Assembly: GCA_964016885.1 (NCBI GenBank)
Contig: OZ024743.1
Span: 365,180,001 to 365,244,000, forward strand
Origin: Eledone cirrhosa
Taxonomy: Eukaryota
DNA: 64,000 bases
Direction of reading: 5' to 3'
Both the position numbers and the translations under genes were made by a program. The notes beneath the pieces are model-generated. The model was not told the origin of the DNA. It saw only the letters and a program-made list of their open reading frames with translations, and ran no database searches. Positions within the stretch are counted from its first letter, which is position 1, and each line of letters opens with the position of its first letter. Shown here one piece after another: positions 24,928 to 38,223 of the stretch.

Positions 24928-25265
24928 TTTGCAATACACTTTATGCTTAATTAAAAGCATTTTGAAGACCGTATGCTATTGTTTTAGAGTAGTGACAAAT
25001 TCACTTACTTTAATCTCAGCAAACAGGGGAGATAAGCCGACAAGGCCTTGTTTCGCTTTTGTTGAAGCTTATCAAGGCTAACTACTCCCTCCTGTCTACC
25101 GAGATTACTGATGTTATATTCTTATAGAATTCTAGTAAATAATCAGGAATTGATTATACAGAGCGGTTGTTTGCTGAGATTAAAGTAAGTGAATTTGTCA
25201 CTACTCTAAAACAATAGCATACGGTCTTCAAAATGCTTTTAATTAAGCATAAAGTGTATTGCAAA
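24928..25265. mobile_element. Fold-back element with 98-bp arms and an HHR in the spacer
   Basis: 24928-25025 is the reverse complement of 25168-25265. Confidence 0.9.
25035..25079 (-). ncRNA. Type I hammerhead, U3-A8 core variant
   Basis: Minus strand: AGCC-TTGATAA-GCTT/CAACAA/AAGC-GAAA-CAAG(GC)CTTG-TC-GGCT. Confidence 0.8.
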
Positions 25266-25452
25266 TATACATATATGTATACAGACGTACAGTAGTATGT
25301 ATATATATACATACATGCACACATATATATGTACGTATGGATTTACCGAACATTTATTATAATGCTCGGTGTGTTTGTAAACAAACATCCCGAATTAATT
25401 CGTACAGTGTTTAGCAACCATCCTTGCCCTTTTGTTCAACACTGACAAAGGA

Positions 25453-25495
25453 ACGATGTACTAGTTTGAAGCTTATTAGCTATCGTCAGCACCGT
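25453..25495 (-). ncRNA. Family D hammerhead with GAAA mutated to CAAA (likely dead)
   Basis: Same fold as 20388-20430 and 61282-61324. Confidence 0.7.
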
Positions 25496-25850
25496 ATACC
25501 TTCCTGCCAGATGGTTGAACGTCTGAAAGTATATACTTTCCTTATGCATATTAACGGCTGAGCAGCCTAATTTGCATATCGAGTGAGTTAATCGGCCGGG
25601 CTTTTATGTATATATATATATATAAGATGTGGAGGCGCGTGGCTGAGTGGTTAGAAAATTGGATTCGCAATCGTGAGGTTATGAGTTCGATTCCCGGACC
25701 AGGCGATGCGTTATGTCCTTGAGCAAGACACTTTATTTCACGTTGCTCCTTCTACCTGGAGTTGCGACCGATAGATAGTATTAGCAATTAGAAAGACCAA
25801 TGGAAACATGGTTTCCTCGATCCGATTTGACAAAAAAAGTCGATCGACTG

Positions 25851-25894
<44 letters not shown>

Positions 25895-26628
25895 ATTGAT
25901 AGATAGACAGACATAGTTTGAGAAAGAAAACATATGTATAAATGATGAAAAAGGGACGGTTATAAAGATTGAGAGAAGAATGTAATTAAAGAGAAGAGAA
26001 AGAGTAAAGAATAAATGAAGATATAACGAGGAAGAGGGTGAGAGATAAAGAGAGAGAAGAAGAAAAGGACATGAGAAAAAGTGGAAATGAGATACTAGTA
26101 AAGAGAGAGATAGAGAGAGAGAGGGGGGGGGGCATGAAAGAGGGAGAAAAAGATAGAGTGGCATTATGAATTGTAGACATGATGTAAATATACAAAGGAG
26201 TTTATTAAGAAAACATAAGACGTTGTTTAAATATAAATAAAAAGCAACAACACTCAAATTAAGCAAAAAACTTAAATGAATAAATAAAAAAATGTTTAAC
26301 AAATTTGTCCCAGCTATTTGAGTTTATTCAGTTAAAATTTTTATATCTCTCAGTCAGTCAAAAGTCTGCCAAGTATGTATAAAATCTATGCTACACTGAG
26401 GAGGCGCAATAAGATCAAAACATCCGGGGTTTTCATTGTGTATTTACCTTTTTCACTAGGTAGGACTGGTGATCCTCCATGACTGGGGAAATCGTTGTCA
26501 TTGATGTTCTATTTAAATGTTGCAGGTCAGAGGAGGTAGAGGATAACATGGAGAGGGAAGAGGAGAGGGGTGGAGGTAGATTTGGAGGAGGGGAGGAGTG
26601 ACATTTACAGGTTTTCTCTCTAGGAATA

Positions 26629-27302
26629 CCAAAAGCATGTTATCTGGGACGCACCCATCACCAACTAGTGTTTTCATTGAACAGGGGGAGGTGGAGATAG
26701 TGGACAACTTCACCTACCTAGGAAGCTCCATTGACAATGGGGGCGCCATGGACAGTGAATTGCAATGTAGAATGGGAAAGGCTTCAGCAGCATTTAATCA
26801 GCTTGTCAAGATCTGGAAGAGCAGGAAGTTCACCCTCAAAACAAAGATGAGATTCTACAACAGCAGCTGTCCACACTCTTGTACGGAAGTGAAACATGGC
26901 ACCTTAAGACCAGCCAAGAGAAGAAGTTGGACGCATTCGATTCCAGGTGTCTGCGAAATATCCTGGGGATTAAATGGAGTGACCATATAACAAACCAGGA
27001 AGTCAGGAACCGCACCAACCAGCAGCTAGTCTCTTCTGCCATCTGCAAGCGACGCCTGGGCTGGTTTGGGCACGCTTTGAGACTTCCCCCGGAGAGACTG
27101 GCGAACCAAGTACTTAAATGGAACCCACGGGGAAGCAGACGGAGAGGGCGACCCAAAATGAACTGGCGCCAGACAGTTGAGAGGGACCTGCGAGCGACAA
27201 ACAGACGATGGCGGGACGCTGTGCAACTGGCTGCTGACCGAACGCGGTGGAACACTATGATTGCCTCATGCGTCGCAAGACGCGGGAGCTTCTGAGTCTG
27301 AG
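26629..27302 (+). mobile_element. 5'-truncated RTE-clade LINE (RT C-terminus), frameshifted
   Basis: VDNFTYLGS, YGSETW, RRLGWFGH, RRRGRPK; 3' (TGAGTC)2 tail; 12-bp TSD TCTCTAGGAATA at 26617-26628 and 27303-27314. Confidence 0.92.
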
Positions 27303-28850
27303 TCTCTAGGAATAATGAGGTTGATCGTGTCAATACCCACCTGGAACAATTGCATGTCAATGATTGCACGACAAACATAGGTGGAGAAAGATTATGAATC
27401 CTAGTCCAAACTCTTACAACAAAATGAAACCCACTAGAGGTATACACTGATCAAGGAGGGGCGTTAAATTAGGCTTTCTAGAACATTTAAATGAAAGCAA
27501 TCACACTTTGCAGTGACAGCGCATGGAGGAAGCAAATGGATTGTAGCTTAGTTGAAGGGTAGTGTATCAGACATCATCATCATCATTATCGTCACCATCT
27601 TCAACAATATCATCAACATCATCATCATTAACATCATCATTAACATCATCATCATCATCATCATCAACAACAACAACGTCATCATCATCATTCTGCTTTC
27701 CATTCTGGCATAGTTAGGATGGGTTGTTACTGTCCGAGACTAGACAAGCTGGAGAGACCACACCTTACTCATATATATATATATATATACCATATTTTGG
27801 CATGATTTTTACGGCTGGCTGGTTTCAAATCAAAATGTAACACATAGCTTACAGCATTATTAATTTATTCCTTTATTAAGGGCGTTGGATTGGCAGTATC
27901 AGTAGAGGGTCGGACGCCATGCTTTCCTGCATAGTTACGTCCCTTTACGATCTGAGTTCAAATCCCACCGAGGTTGACTTTGCCTTTCATCCTTACGGGG
28001 TCGACAAAATAAAGTACCAGTAATGCACTGAGTAATTGCTGGCCTTGTGCCTAAAGTAGAAACAATTATTAATTTATTCCTTTATTATAGTTTAGATTAT
28101 ATCATAACAAAATATTAATATAATTATTTAAGTACCGTGATAATGAGTCTAGAAATCTACGGAACTATGAAACGAAAAAATTGTTAGATAATTGAATTAT
28201 TTTTGTAGTGTAAGCAATGATTACTTTGCTTTTGTTTAGGAATATACATTACTGTTTACTCACTAGCCTATTGCCTCCCTGTTTTGTCTGAGAAGGAGGG
28301 ACAGTGTCCATAAACCTTTGCGGGTGGAAAACGAGAAGGAAGGATGTAGGTGATCTCATATAAAATACCCGGTTTGAATGCATACACGAATCAGATGATG
28401 GTTTTAAACTAAGCGACCGATTAAATTTACCACCCAAGTCTATGAAGCTATGTAGAAGCTATGCGTTCTGTGAGAGCATTTCTTAAATGATAAACAGTAA
28501 AATATGTTTTATTCACATGAATTGTTTCTACAACGAGAAAAAGTCAAACGCACTAACACTAGTTAATTTATGTTTAGCCAGTCTATCTTTATTTTCTAAT
28601 TCATGCATAATATAGTAAGACTGTGAACATAGTGCCGCCCACAATGAATGAAGAATCTTTTTAAGCGTAGAAATACTCGGTAGGTGTTCTTTCACATTCC
28701 ATTGAACAGCGCCCAAGCTGCCAGTATATATATCTGAACCTATATAGAAAATCATGCTCATATATACATTTACGTATTAATACACAAGCACAGACATACA
28801 TTCCCAACACATATATACTAGGATGCATATGTGTGTTACATAACTTAGGA

Positions 28851-28899
<49 letters not shown>

Positions 28900-29537
28900 A
28901 TACATTCTTGGATACCAACGCATATTACGTAACTATTAATATATGTATATGAATACATATATAATATATATATATACATGTATATATGTATATATATATG
29001 CACACACACACGCACATACACACACACACTCTTACACACACACACACACTCAATGTCTACCCATTAGAAATATGTGTGTGGAGATATATGGGAATAGACA
29101 GGTGCTATGCTGAGTGAATTTTGACTGTAATGTTAAACTACACGAGAATGTTGGAGTAGGTTTATGTTACTGTGAATAGCGTGGCTAAAAGTTCTCCTGA
29201 TCGCGACAGCGTACATTGTTTAAAGAATTTGACGGAGATAACCCCTATAGAATTTCGACTGGAAGAAGTAAAAGCACAGGCATACGTTTTTTTTTGTCTA
29301 GTTATGCATTATGATTTTTTCAAATTAAAACGCTTATTTTCCACGAGAAAAGTGCGCATATCCTGTGTTGAGAACACATATTTCTTATGTAATTAAGAAC
29401 GTTTAGTTAACCCTTATCATAAATAAAGGAAGAAGAGAGATGGAAGGTTGTATCTTAGTAGCATAAACACCACAACCCCGGGAGATTTTCCGTTAATATC
29501 ATATATATATATATATATATATATATTTTATAGAAGG

Positions 29538-29588
29538 AGCTTCTACAGGACTAGTACTGTTTCATTCAGATGAAATCTTCAGGAAGCT
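29538..29588 (-). ncRNA. Identical type I hammerhead on the opposite strand
   Basis: Mirror image of 29585-29635 within the palindrome. Confidence 0.88.
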
Positions 29589-29635
29589 TCCTGAAGATTT
29601 CATCTGAATGAAACAGTACTAGTCCTGTAGAAGCT
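29585..29635 (+). ncRNA. Type I hammerhead ribozyme (family A)
   Basis: AGCTTC-CTGAAGA-T-TTCA/TC/TGAA-T-GAAA-CAG/TACTAGTC/CTG-TA-GAAGCT; U.U at the base of stem II; predicted cut after 29629. Confidence 0.88.
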
Positions 29636-29756
29636 CCTTCTATAAAATAAAAAAAATTTACTCTGCATGTATTGAGTACCTTACTTACTGTGGTTATCCC
29701 CGACTCAACCCGGGACCTACGTATATATATATATATATATATATATGTGTATATGA

Positions 29757-30090
29757 GATGCCACTTGCACCGACACATTATGCAGCCGCAACCTGGTGCA
29801 GTCTGCGACTAACCCATGGTTCTGCTGCACGTCGGGTTGAGGAGGCTAAGCTCTTCAAGTACCGGTCGCTCTCCGACAGGTTTGAGGTTGTACCCTTGGC
29901 AGTGGAGGCTTCTGGTGTTCTCGGCCCTAGGGCTACCTCCCTACTCACCACCATAGGCGCTGAGCTGGCCAGCCGCAGGTGTGAGTCCCGCGAGTTGGAA
30001 TGGCTTTTCCAGCACGTCTACCTTGCCGTCATCTGGGGAAACGCATTCTCTATTCTGTCCGCCGGGGCTGTGGGGAGGCCACCAATATGA
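29757..30090 (+). mobile_element. CRE-type non-LTR retrotransposon 3' fragment (RLE C-terminus)
   Basis: AARRVEEAKLFKY...FEVVPLAVEASGVLG...GNA; homologous to 45405-45720. Confidence 0.8.
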
Positions 30091-30181
30091 TTGACTGACT
30101 TGTCATTTTATCAGTCAGATGATCCATCCTTTTCCACACACACACATGCATATTAAACTATTTACAAAGACAAATGTGGTA

Positions 30182-30281
<100 letters not shown>

Positions 30282-30300
30282 CAGAGAGAGAGAGGGAGAG

Positions 30301-30450
30301 TACCGGGATCAATTGGGGATAACCGCAGTAAGTAAGGTACTCAATACATTAGTATACATCATATTTAATGGCTTCTGCAGGACTGGAAGTGTTTCATTCA
30401 AAAGAATGAAATAGTTCTAATCTTGTAGAAGCCGTTTCTATATTCAACAT
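30301..30450 (-). mobile_element. Older family A mini-element, fold-back at HHR stem II
   Basis: Imperfect palindrome 30370-30433 centred on TTTCATTC-AAAA-GAATGAAA; family A tail in reverse at 30301-30350; further relics 32170-32300 (-) and 33010-33160. Confidence 0.75.
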
Positions 30451-30461
30451 GATTCACACAC

Positions 30462-30521
<60 letters not shown>

Positions 30522-31565
30522 GATAAAGGTAACAAAACAAATACAGTGATGCAAAAATACAGTTATATTAGGTTCACGCTTGGGCGAAATGGAGGAGGAT
30601 TCCACGTTTAGGATGTGACTAAGCAACACTAAAAATGTTCAAATATTTAACAAGATGTTAAGTTGAATCTCCTGTCTATTTGATGCATTTTATCTGGGAT
30701 GCAGCCGTATGCGTGTTGATTAAGTAATTAACCACATGGGAAGTAGGGTGGTGCCAGCTGACTTTGGATCTCTGATCTTTTGGTAACAAAAAATTCAACG
30801 CAAATTTTGAGCTATGTGGACAGGCTTTAGAAGTTTCGTTTCTGGTGTTCAAAAAAGCAATTTGATCTAGTGCTGTGTTTTCAAAATGAGCTACCATAAA
30901 GCCTGCTCTTCTTCGCGATCCTCCAGTCGATGTTATAGTACACGGAGTTTTATTTCAATTTCTATACATAGCTGAAAAGTTTTGTTGAGATTCCTTAATT
31001 TGAAAATTTGCTGCTATTTCTTGTAGATAAACGACATTGTAGAGGTTAGTTATCCTTTTCTGTATAGTTAAGTGTATTGTCAATCAACATATTTCTCTAG
31101 CTTTTATTTTTGTTGTTTAGTCACAGGCCAGTCTTGATCGAGCAGAACTATGACCGAAAAAGTTTCATTCATGGCCACCCCGTCATTTTATCTATTTAGG
31201 ACTGCATTGTCCAATGTGAACTTACATTTTTATAAGATTTGAGATGTGGTTTGAGGAAGATTTAGTTGCTGTTTTTCGCAGCTTCAGCGACCACGTAAAT
31301 GTCCCCTGGTTCATTTATGTTGTTCTATAGTTTTTGTTGTAGTTTAGCCCTAGATCCGTTCTCATCAAACATACTTACCAATCAAAGCAATTCCAGCCAT
31401 GACCATTCCATTTGATTTCATACGTAATGTAGCCTGGATTACCTTATTTAACATATACCACTATGTTATAGCTTTTAGTAGTTACAGGGACTATTTATTT
31501 GGGAATTGAAAGAGGCTTGTAGAGTCAGCCCATTGTGACAGAATGATAAGACGAAAAACAAATAA

Positions 31566-31596
<31 letters not shown>

Positions 31597-32111
31597 GGAA
31601 AATTGTTTCAAAGTTTTACTGTGGAAATGTTGGATATCATGTTCAGGTTAACTAACTGAACTAAACGTTTAATAGGCGACAAGAAGTTGCAGTGATAAGA
31701 TGCTGATGCTGCAATGATATGATGCTGATAAGATATGGTGCTGTAGTTTATCAGCTATTCTGTCAACATTAAGTGCAGAAGAAAAATTACGTATGCCTTA
31801 TCAGTCGCTAGTCAGTTATTTGCTTAGATTGTCACGTATGTTTATTGATTTTATCATTTATGTAGGGCTGATGGCCTAAGTTGAGGGATATTCATTTATT
31901 GTTTTATTGCCTTCTACTTATAAGACTGTGGCCATACTTCGACACCGCCTTCTGCAGATTTAATCGATCCTACACATCCCAGTATTTTTCCAAGCATGGT
32001 ACTTATTTCATCTATCTTTATAACTAAACTGTAAATGTAGCCAAAAGCTGCACACAAAAACGCGTGCAAAATACACACGCATACGCGCGCACACACTCAC
32101 ACACACACACT

Positions 32112-32170
<59 letters not shown>

Positions 32171-32856
32171 CGTAGGTTGTCCTGATGTAAATTGGGAGGT
32201 GACCACTGTTAAAAAAGTTAATCAATACTTTAGTAGAGTATAGGTGTATTCATTTTATAGTAGAAATGACTTCTACAGGACTACAACTGTTTCATTCGTG
32301 GGACAACTCTCAGATCGGGTGTCAAGCTGACTGCAGCTCAAATAAAGCCTTGCCGGGCATTATGATGATAATGATGATGATGATGATGATGATGGTAATA
32401 ATAATTGTTTCTACTTTAGGCACAAGGCCAGTAATTTGGGGCAGGGGAAAGTCGATTAAATCGACCCCAGTATGTTACTAGTGCTTTATTTTATCAACCC
32501 CGTAAGGATGAAATGCAAAGCTAACCTCGACAGGATTTGAACTCAGAACGTAAAGGGCTGTAACTGCATGCCACGAAGCATGTTGTCCGGCGGGTTATCA
32601 CAGCTATAAGTAGAATTCTATTCTAGACAGATAACCTGGCTAGAAATTCGTTGGTCCTTTCTTTCCTTTCCCTCCTCTCTTCTTTCATCTTTTCTCTCTC
32701 TCTCTTTTCCCTTCTTACTAATTATTCTCTTCGCTTCCCCTTTCCTACCCTCTACTAATATATTGAGTACCTTACTTACTGTGGTTATCCCCGATTGACC
32801 ATCAACAAGAAACCATGCTGACCAAACTCGACATCGACATTTCTACAATGCATGTC

Positions 32857-32908
32857 GGCTTTCCTGATGATTTCCTTCGAATGAAACAGTTCTAGTCCTG
32901 TAGAAGCC
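32857..32908 (+). ncRNA. Type I hammerhead ribozyme (family A) between two direct copies of the family A tail
   Basis: GGCTTTC-CTGATGA-T-TTC/CTTC/GAA-T-GAAA-CAG/TTCTAGTC/CTG-TA-GAAGCC; tail repeated at 32750-32797 and 32936-32996. Confidence 0.85.
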
Positions 32909-33580
32909 ATTTCTATATTAAATTTGTTGTACACACTCTACTAATGTATTGAGTACTTTACTGACTGTGGTTATCCTCGATTAGACCCGGGACTATTATA
33001 TATATATAAATGATCTCTTCAGAACAAGATCTGTTTCATTCGTAAGAAATCACTGATTATTTCATACAAATGTTCTTGTATTGTAAAATCCATTTCTATA
33101 TAAAATAAATATGCTTCTTCTCTACTAACGTACTGAGTATATAATTTGTCTGTGGTTTATATACATGTATTATACAGTAGATCCTCACATAAAACTGTAC
33201 TATTTCACCATCTCTTTTATATGATATATTGCTGTTATTTTTTGTTGTTTCGAACCCAAATCTAAAACTTGTCTTAGAAGTAATTGACTCTTTCTTTACA
33301 TTTTGACACTAGTTCACATTTAATTTGTTTAGTCGCCATTAGTAAGTATGAGACAATCATTTTGTTTTTAGTTATAAAATGAATGGACTCTTCCTTTCCT
33401 TCTTTCTTCCTCCTACTTCTCGACAAAACAGCTGTTTTACAGCTGGGTAAACCTTCTCTGATACCCAATGATCTATATCAAAGTGGGATTAAGTCCTAAC
33501 TTTTCCACCCTCAGAAATACGAGTATTTAGGTTAATCTACTCTAATATCAACCATAATAATACGTCATGTGTGTTTGTAA

Positions 33581-33622
<42 letters not shown>

Positions 33623-33681
33623 GTCTGTCTGTAACTCTTTAAAATTTACACACACATACATGCATACACACAATCCGTTTA

Positions 33682-34306
33682 CTATCTCAATAATTGTTTC
33701 TACTTTTGGCACAAGGCCAGCAATTACCCCAGTGCATTACTGGTGCTTTATTTTATCGACCCCGTAAGTACGAAAGGCAAAGTTAACCTCGGCGGGATTT
33801 GAACTCATAACGTAAAGGGACATAACTCTATGCTACAAAACGTTGTCTGACGCTCTACTGATACTGCCAACCCACCGCTCTTAAAATATATATCTCAATA
33901 ATGGTTTCTTATATAGGCACAAGGCCAGTAATTTGGGGGGAGGGGAAAGTCGATTAAATCGACCCCAGTGCACGACGACTGGTACTTTATTTTATCGACC
34001 CCATAAGGATGAAAGGCAAAGTTAACCTCGGCGGGATTTGAGCTCAGATTATAAAGAGCCGTAACTCTATGCTGCAAAGCATGGCGTCCGACCCTCTACC
34101 GATACTGCCAACCCACCGCTCTTAAAATGTATATCTCAATAATTGTTTCTACTTTAGGCACAAGGCCAGCAATTACCCAGTGCATTACTGGTACTTTATT
34201 TTATCGACCCCGTAAGGATGAAAGGCAAAGTCAACCTCGGCGGGATTTGAACTCAGATCGTAAAGGGACGTAACTATGCTGGAAAGCATGGCGTATATCT
34301 CAATAA
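33682..34306 (-). mobile_element. Three head-to-tail SINE copies; similar pair at 40888-41277
   Basis: Three SINE bodies each bounded by TATCTCAATAAT. Confidence 0.88.
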
Positions 34307-37300
34307 TGTTGATACGATAGTTATTCGCCTTCCAGTCACGAGTTCTTGGGTTCTAAACACTAAATTAGTCCCTGTAAATACTTATTTCCCCTAAGTTACT
34401 ATAAAGGTTGTCCTGTATGTAACTTGTACATATATGTCGAATATTTAAGCAATTATAACAAAAGATATATTATTAATATATTATTCTTATTTTTAATTGC
34501 TTCCACGTGTTAGTAATCAACATAAAGTATAATGTTTCCCTTATACAAATCATTAATTTATCAGAACAGAAATTTTCCTGTTTATATGATTGTTTATATA
34601 GCCAATAATCTTGGTATACATCGCATACTAATTTTCGGCTCCGAAAAATTGAATACGTTCAACGCTATTGCAGCCATTATTGAGGGCAGGGTCTACTAAC
34701 TGCAATATAGTACAGTGGTGGGTGTCCTCTCCCCATTACAATATCTGCTGGGTTTAAATACATTTATATGTGGATTGAAGAAGACTGGTTAGAATGCAGA
34801 ACAAAATCTCTCGTGGTATTTGTTCTGCTTCATCGCGATGTGTTCAAATCATATTATGGTCAACCTTACCTTTCACCATTTCATCCCTTCAAGGCTGATA
34901 AAATAATATACCAGTCTAGGGTCGCCGATTCGTAAAATTGTTAGTGCGCCCGACCTTGCAGTATTTATTCTAGCTCTTTGGGTTCAAAAGAATCTTCAAT
35001 AGAGTTTTCTAGAATGAGTATATGCACGCAGACACATGCCTGCGTATGTCATTCATACGCATATAAACATAAAGAGTAATCATACACACATTAACACTTG
35101 TGTATCAAAGAGACATGTACTCATTAGTGCACGTATATTCACACATATGCCAACGTATATACATGCATATTTACAAACTTCCCGCAACTGTCTTGACTAA
35201 AAAATAAAAGAAAAAGGTGTGTCTCTTTGTTAGTTGCCTTCTTGAATTCTGCGACGAATGAACTTAAATAAATCTCAAAGAAACAGAGAGAGAAAGAGAA
35301 ACACACACACACACATATATATATACACACAGACACACGCACTCACACACATTGTCGAGCACTGTTTTGATTCTGGTTTAAACGAATAAACTTCATAAAA
35401 GTGTCTAGTGTCCTTTTGAAAACATAATGAACAGCCCATCACCTCATACCCCATCAGTTAGAACCCTCAGACCTTTCATGCTAATGTAAAAAATAAGAAA
35501 TCGTTATCAGTATTTCTATATCGTGTCAACACAGTAAGATATCTGACCAAAGTGGTTTGACCTCTCATGAAATCTAATCATAGTTGTGGTTTTCTTCGGC
35601 TTTTTTCTTCACTTACCGTCTCACATTTGCCAGTAAACTTCGTATCACATCGTTTCCAGTCGCCACCCTCCCTATTCACCACCACCGGTTAATCTTCATT
35701 CAGTATGTCTGCATGTCTATCTTTGACGTTTGCCGTGTTTTCTTTCAAAACATCTGTACTGCCTATGAGACGAGGAAAGTTAGTAGTGTCTGGAATGGCG
35801 ACGACAACAGTAATAATAATAATAATACGCCCCCCCCCCCATATCTCTCCCTCTCTGTCTCTCATTATATGTCTGTCTCTCTCTTTCGTCACCACTCCTT
35901 TGACATTACCTCACACCATCACTAATTGTGATTTCGTTTGTCACAGACATCCTGCTTTCATTTTAAGAGCAACAGCAATATCAACAACATCAATAATCAA
36001 TTCCATGATCCAAGTCAGTAGCCTTGATGTGGTCGTTTGGCCTGCTAGAATTAACATCCAAATCAGGGTTAATTGTAAAGAAATTTTAGAACTGTATAAA
36101 TCTTTGATTGCAATTCTGTGAGTCTGAGAAGCATTTGTAATGGTAATTTTAACATTGTAAAAGTGTTTTAAGTACTCTAACCACCATTTACCCTGTAAAC
36201 ACATATAATATTCAACACAAAATGTAAACCTAATGCACAAAATTAGATTTAGAATTCCACACGCAATGATCAACTGCACATTAAAATAATCAATGATCCA
36301 AATCTCCCTCATCACACATTTCCATTTAAAAAAAAATAAACAGGAAGGACACATTAGATAAAGCAGTTCTGAATATTGGTAAAAAGACGGAATGGCCACG
36401 GCTAGAATGCCCTTAGTCACATGTTTACTCAATCAGGGTTGAACTAAGGCTGAATAACAACAGAAGAAATAATTGTTGTTGTTGTTACCCTTCTTCTTTT
36501 GTTGATTTAGAAATAAATGGATAGTCAGAGAAGAGCAGCGCCCACCACCCTTTACAGAGGAAGTGACTACCATTAAGAACTTCGAACGAATGTATTTAGA
36601 GCTGCTTGTGATTTAATGGCGGCGAAGTGGCAGAGTCGTTAGAACGGCGAATAAAATGATTAGCGGTATTTGTTCTAGCTCTGTGTGTTCTGAGTTCACG
36701 AACTGCCATGGTCAACTTTGTCTTTCATCCATTCATGGTAAATAAATAAAGTACCAGTTGAGTACTGGTGCCAATTATTTCTCTCTCTATCTCCCTCTCT
36801 AACTATTTAAGTAATTCCGACATGGTGAAGGATGGATCCTGTCAGGTGTAAACATGTACAAGACACGCCGTATATGAGGGTGACGCCCCTACGACTCTAC
36901 CAGCTATAGGCTTGACATAACAAGAGTTATAAACCCCCAACGAATGCAGTATTCTTGTGAGGAGCAGTGACCCCAGATTTTATCAACTTTGAACGGCACT
37001 ATATCTGCCGTAGATCGACAGAAGTATTCCGTACCTCCTGGGCGGTTCTAATTTTGTTTCCTGTATTTAACTTTTAACATTTCTCGTGTCTTTATAAATC
37101 TGAAACGCGACTAAAAACATATAACCTACTTTTTTTCAAATAAAACAAAAAGATTCTTTCGTTCTCAACACGATTGAATATAAATGTATAAAAACTGGAA
37201 CGTATCATCTTAGAGAGTGAAAGTGTTATGACTGAAATTGTGATGCGTTGTTTGCAATTCAGGAGTGTATTCTTGCTTTGACTTGAAATAAATCTGCATT

Positions 37301-38187
37301 TAAATAAGGATGTTTACCTTGAGATTAATGAAAGATTCAGTGTCCTTATATATCCTAAGTCAAAATATTATTTATTTTAGCTGTAGATATAAAAGATCCG
37401 GTTTTTGCGTGGTCACACGATCTGTTAGAAATAGTAGTTACATTTCCATTCTTATCTCCCCACCCCATCAGTCTTGAGATAGTTGTTCATATCACTTTCG
37501 GTATGTGATTTGATTTAGTTTTCTTCCAGACAATTTCTTCAAAGTTAAGAAAGTAATTTCTCTTCATACAACTTTATGAAAAGAATTTTGTACGCAATTT
37601 TACCTTTATGCTGATAGGTTCATCATTTCAATGGCTGAGTCGTTTGGAAGTTAGCTTCGCAATATATAATGGGCCAGTAGTTTATTAATCTAGTTAGCTG
37701 CCACGAATGCGTTATAATATGCAATTTACTTTATAAAGGAAATGAACCGATGATCAAATTGGACCAGTGAAACTATATTTCCATTGGTATTTCCATTGTT
37801 GATACTCCCTGTTGGTGGCCCTCCTTTAAATCCTTAGTAAGAGTCAGTGTGGATAGTTAAAATCAGATACTTTTCCTCTCAGTCCTCCCCTCTACTTTCC
37901 CATACAGCCAGATATGCCCTTCTTTACCCCTCCCCCCTATTTTCTTTACTTAATTTTGTTTTTATCTTTTATTTTTCATATCTTTTATTTTCATATTTTC
38001 ATATATCGTTGATATAATAAAAGTTATGGTTTCATAAAAAAAATAACAACACCTTTATTAATGACCTACTGTTAAAAAATAGACAAACATACACCGAATT
38101 ACTCACCTACCACCCCCAGTCTTCTTAAAACCTTTTTTTACCAAACTCCAATGTTCCAAACTTTTCTCTCTCTTTCTGAACTCTCCA

Positions 38188-38223
38188 TTTCCTGAAGAAG
38201 GACTTATGCTCGAAACGTCAAAC
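38188..38223 (+). ncRNA. Decayed minimal hammerhead (family E); also 42053-42086 and 24408-24445
   Basis: CTGAAGA-N-GG(A/G)C/TTAT/GCTC-GAAA-CG-TC with weak stem I. Confidence 0.55.

Larger units (their letters stand above)
29524..29721. mobile_element. Family A mini-element: perfect 126-bp palindrome with two opposed hammerheads plus tail, in (TA)n
   Basis: 29524-29649 is self-complementary about 29586/29587. Confidence 0.93.

Noticed and set aside
25628-25700. tRNA gene
   Set aside because: tRNA-like head runs into a SINE body without a complete acceptor stem or terminator
30676-30897. 73-aa ORF in non-repetitive-looking sequence
   Set aside because: No recognisable domain or convincing splice signals
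36836-36849. GGATCCTGTCAGGTGTA similar to the PLE 5' truncation point at 2899-2915
   Set aside because: Short match with no extension; likely chance
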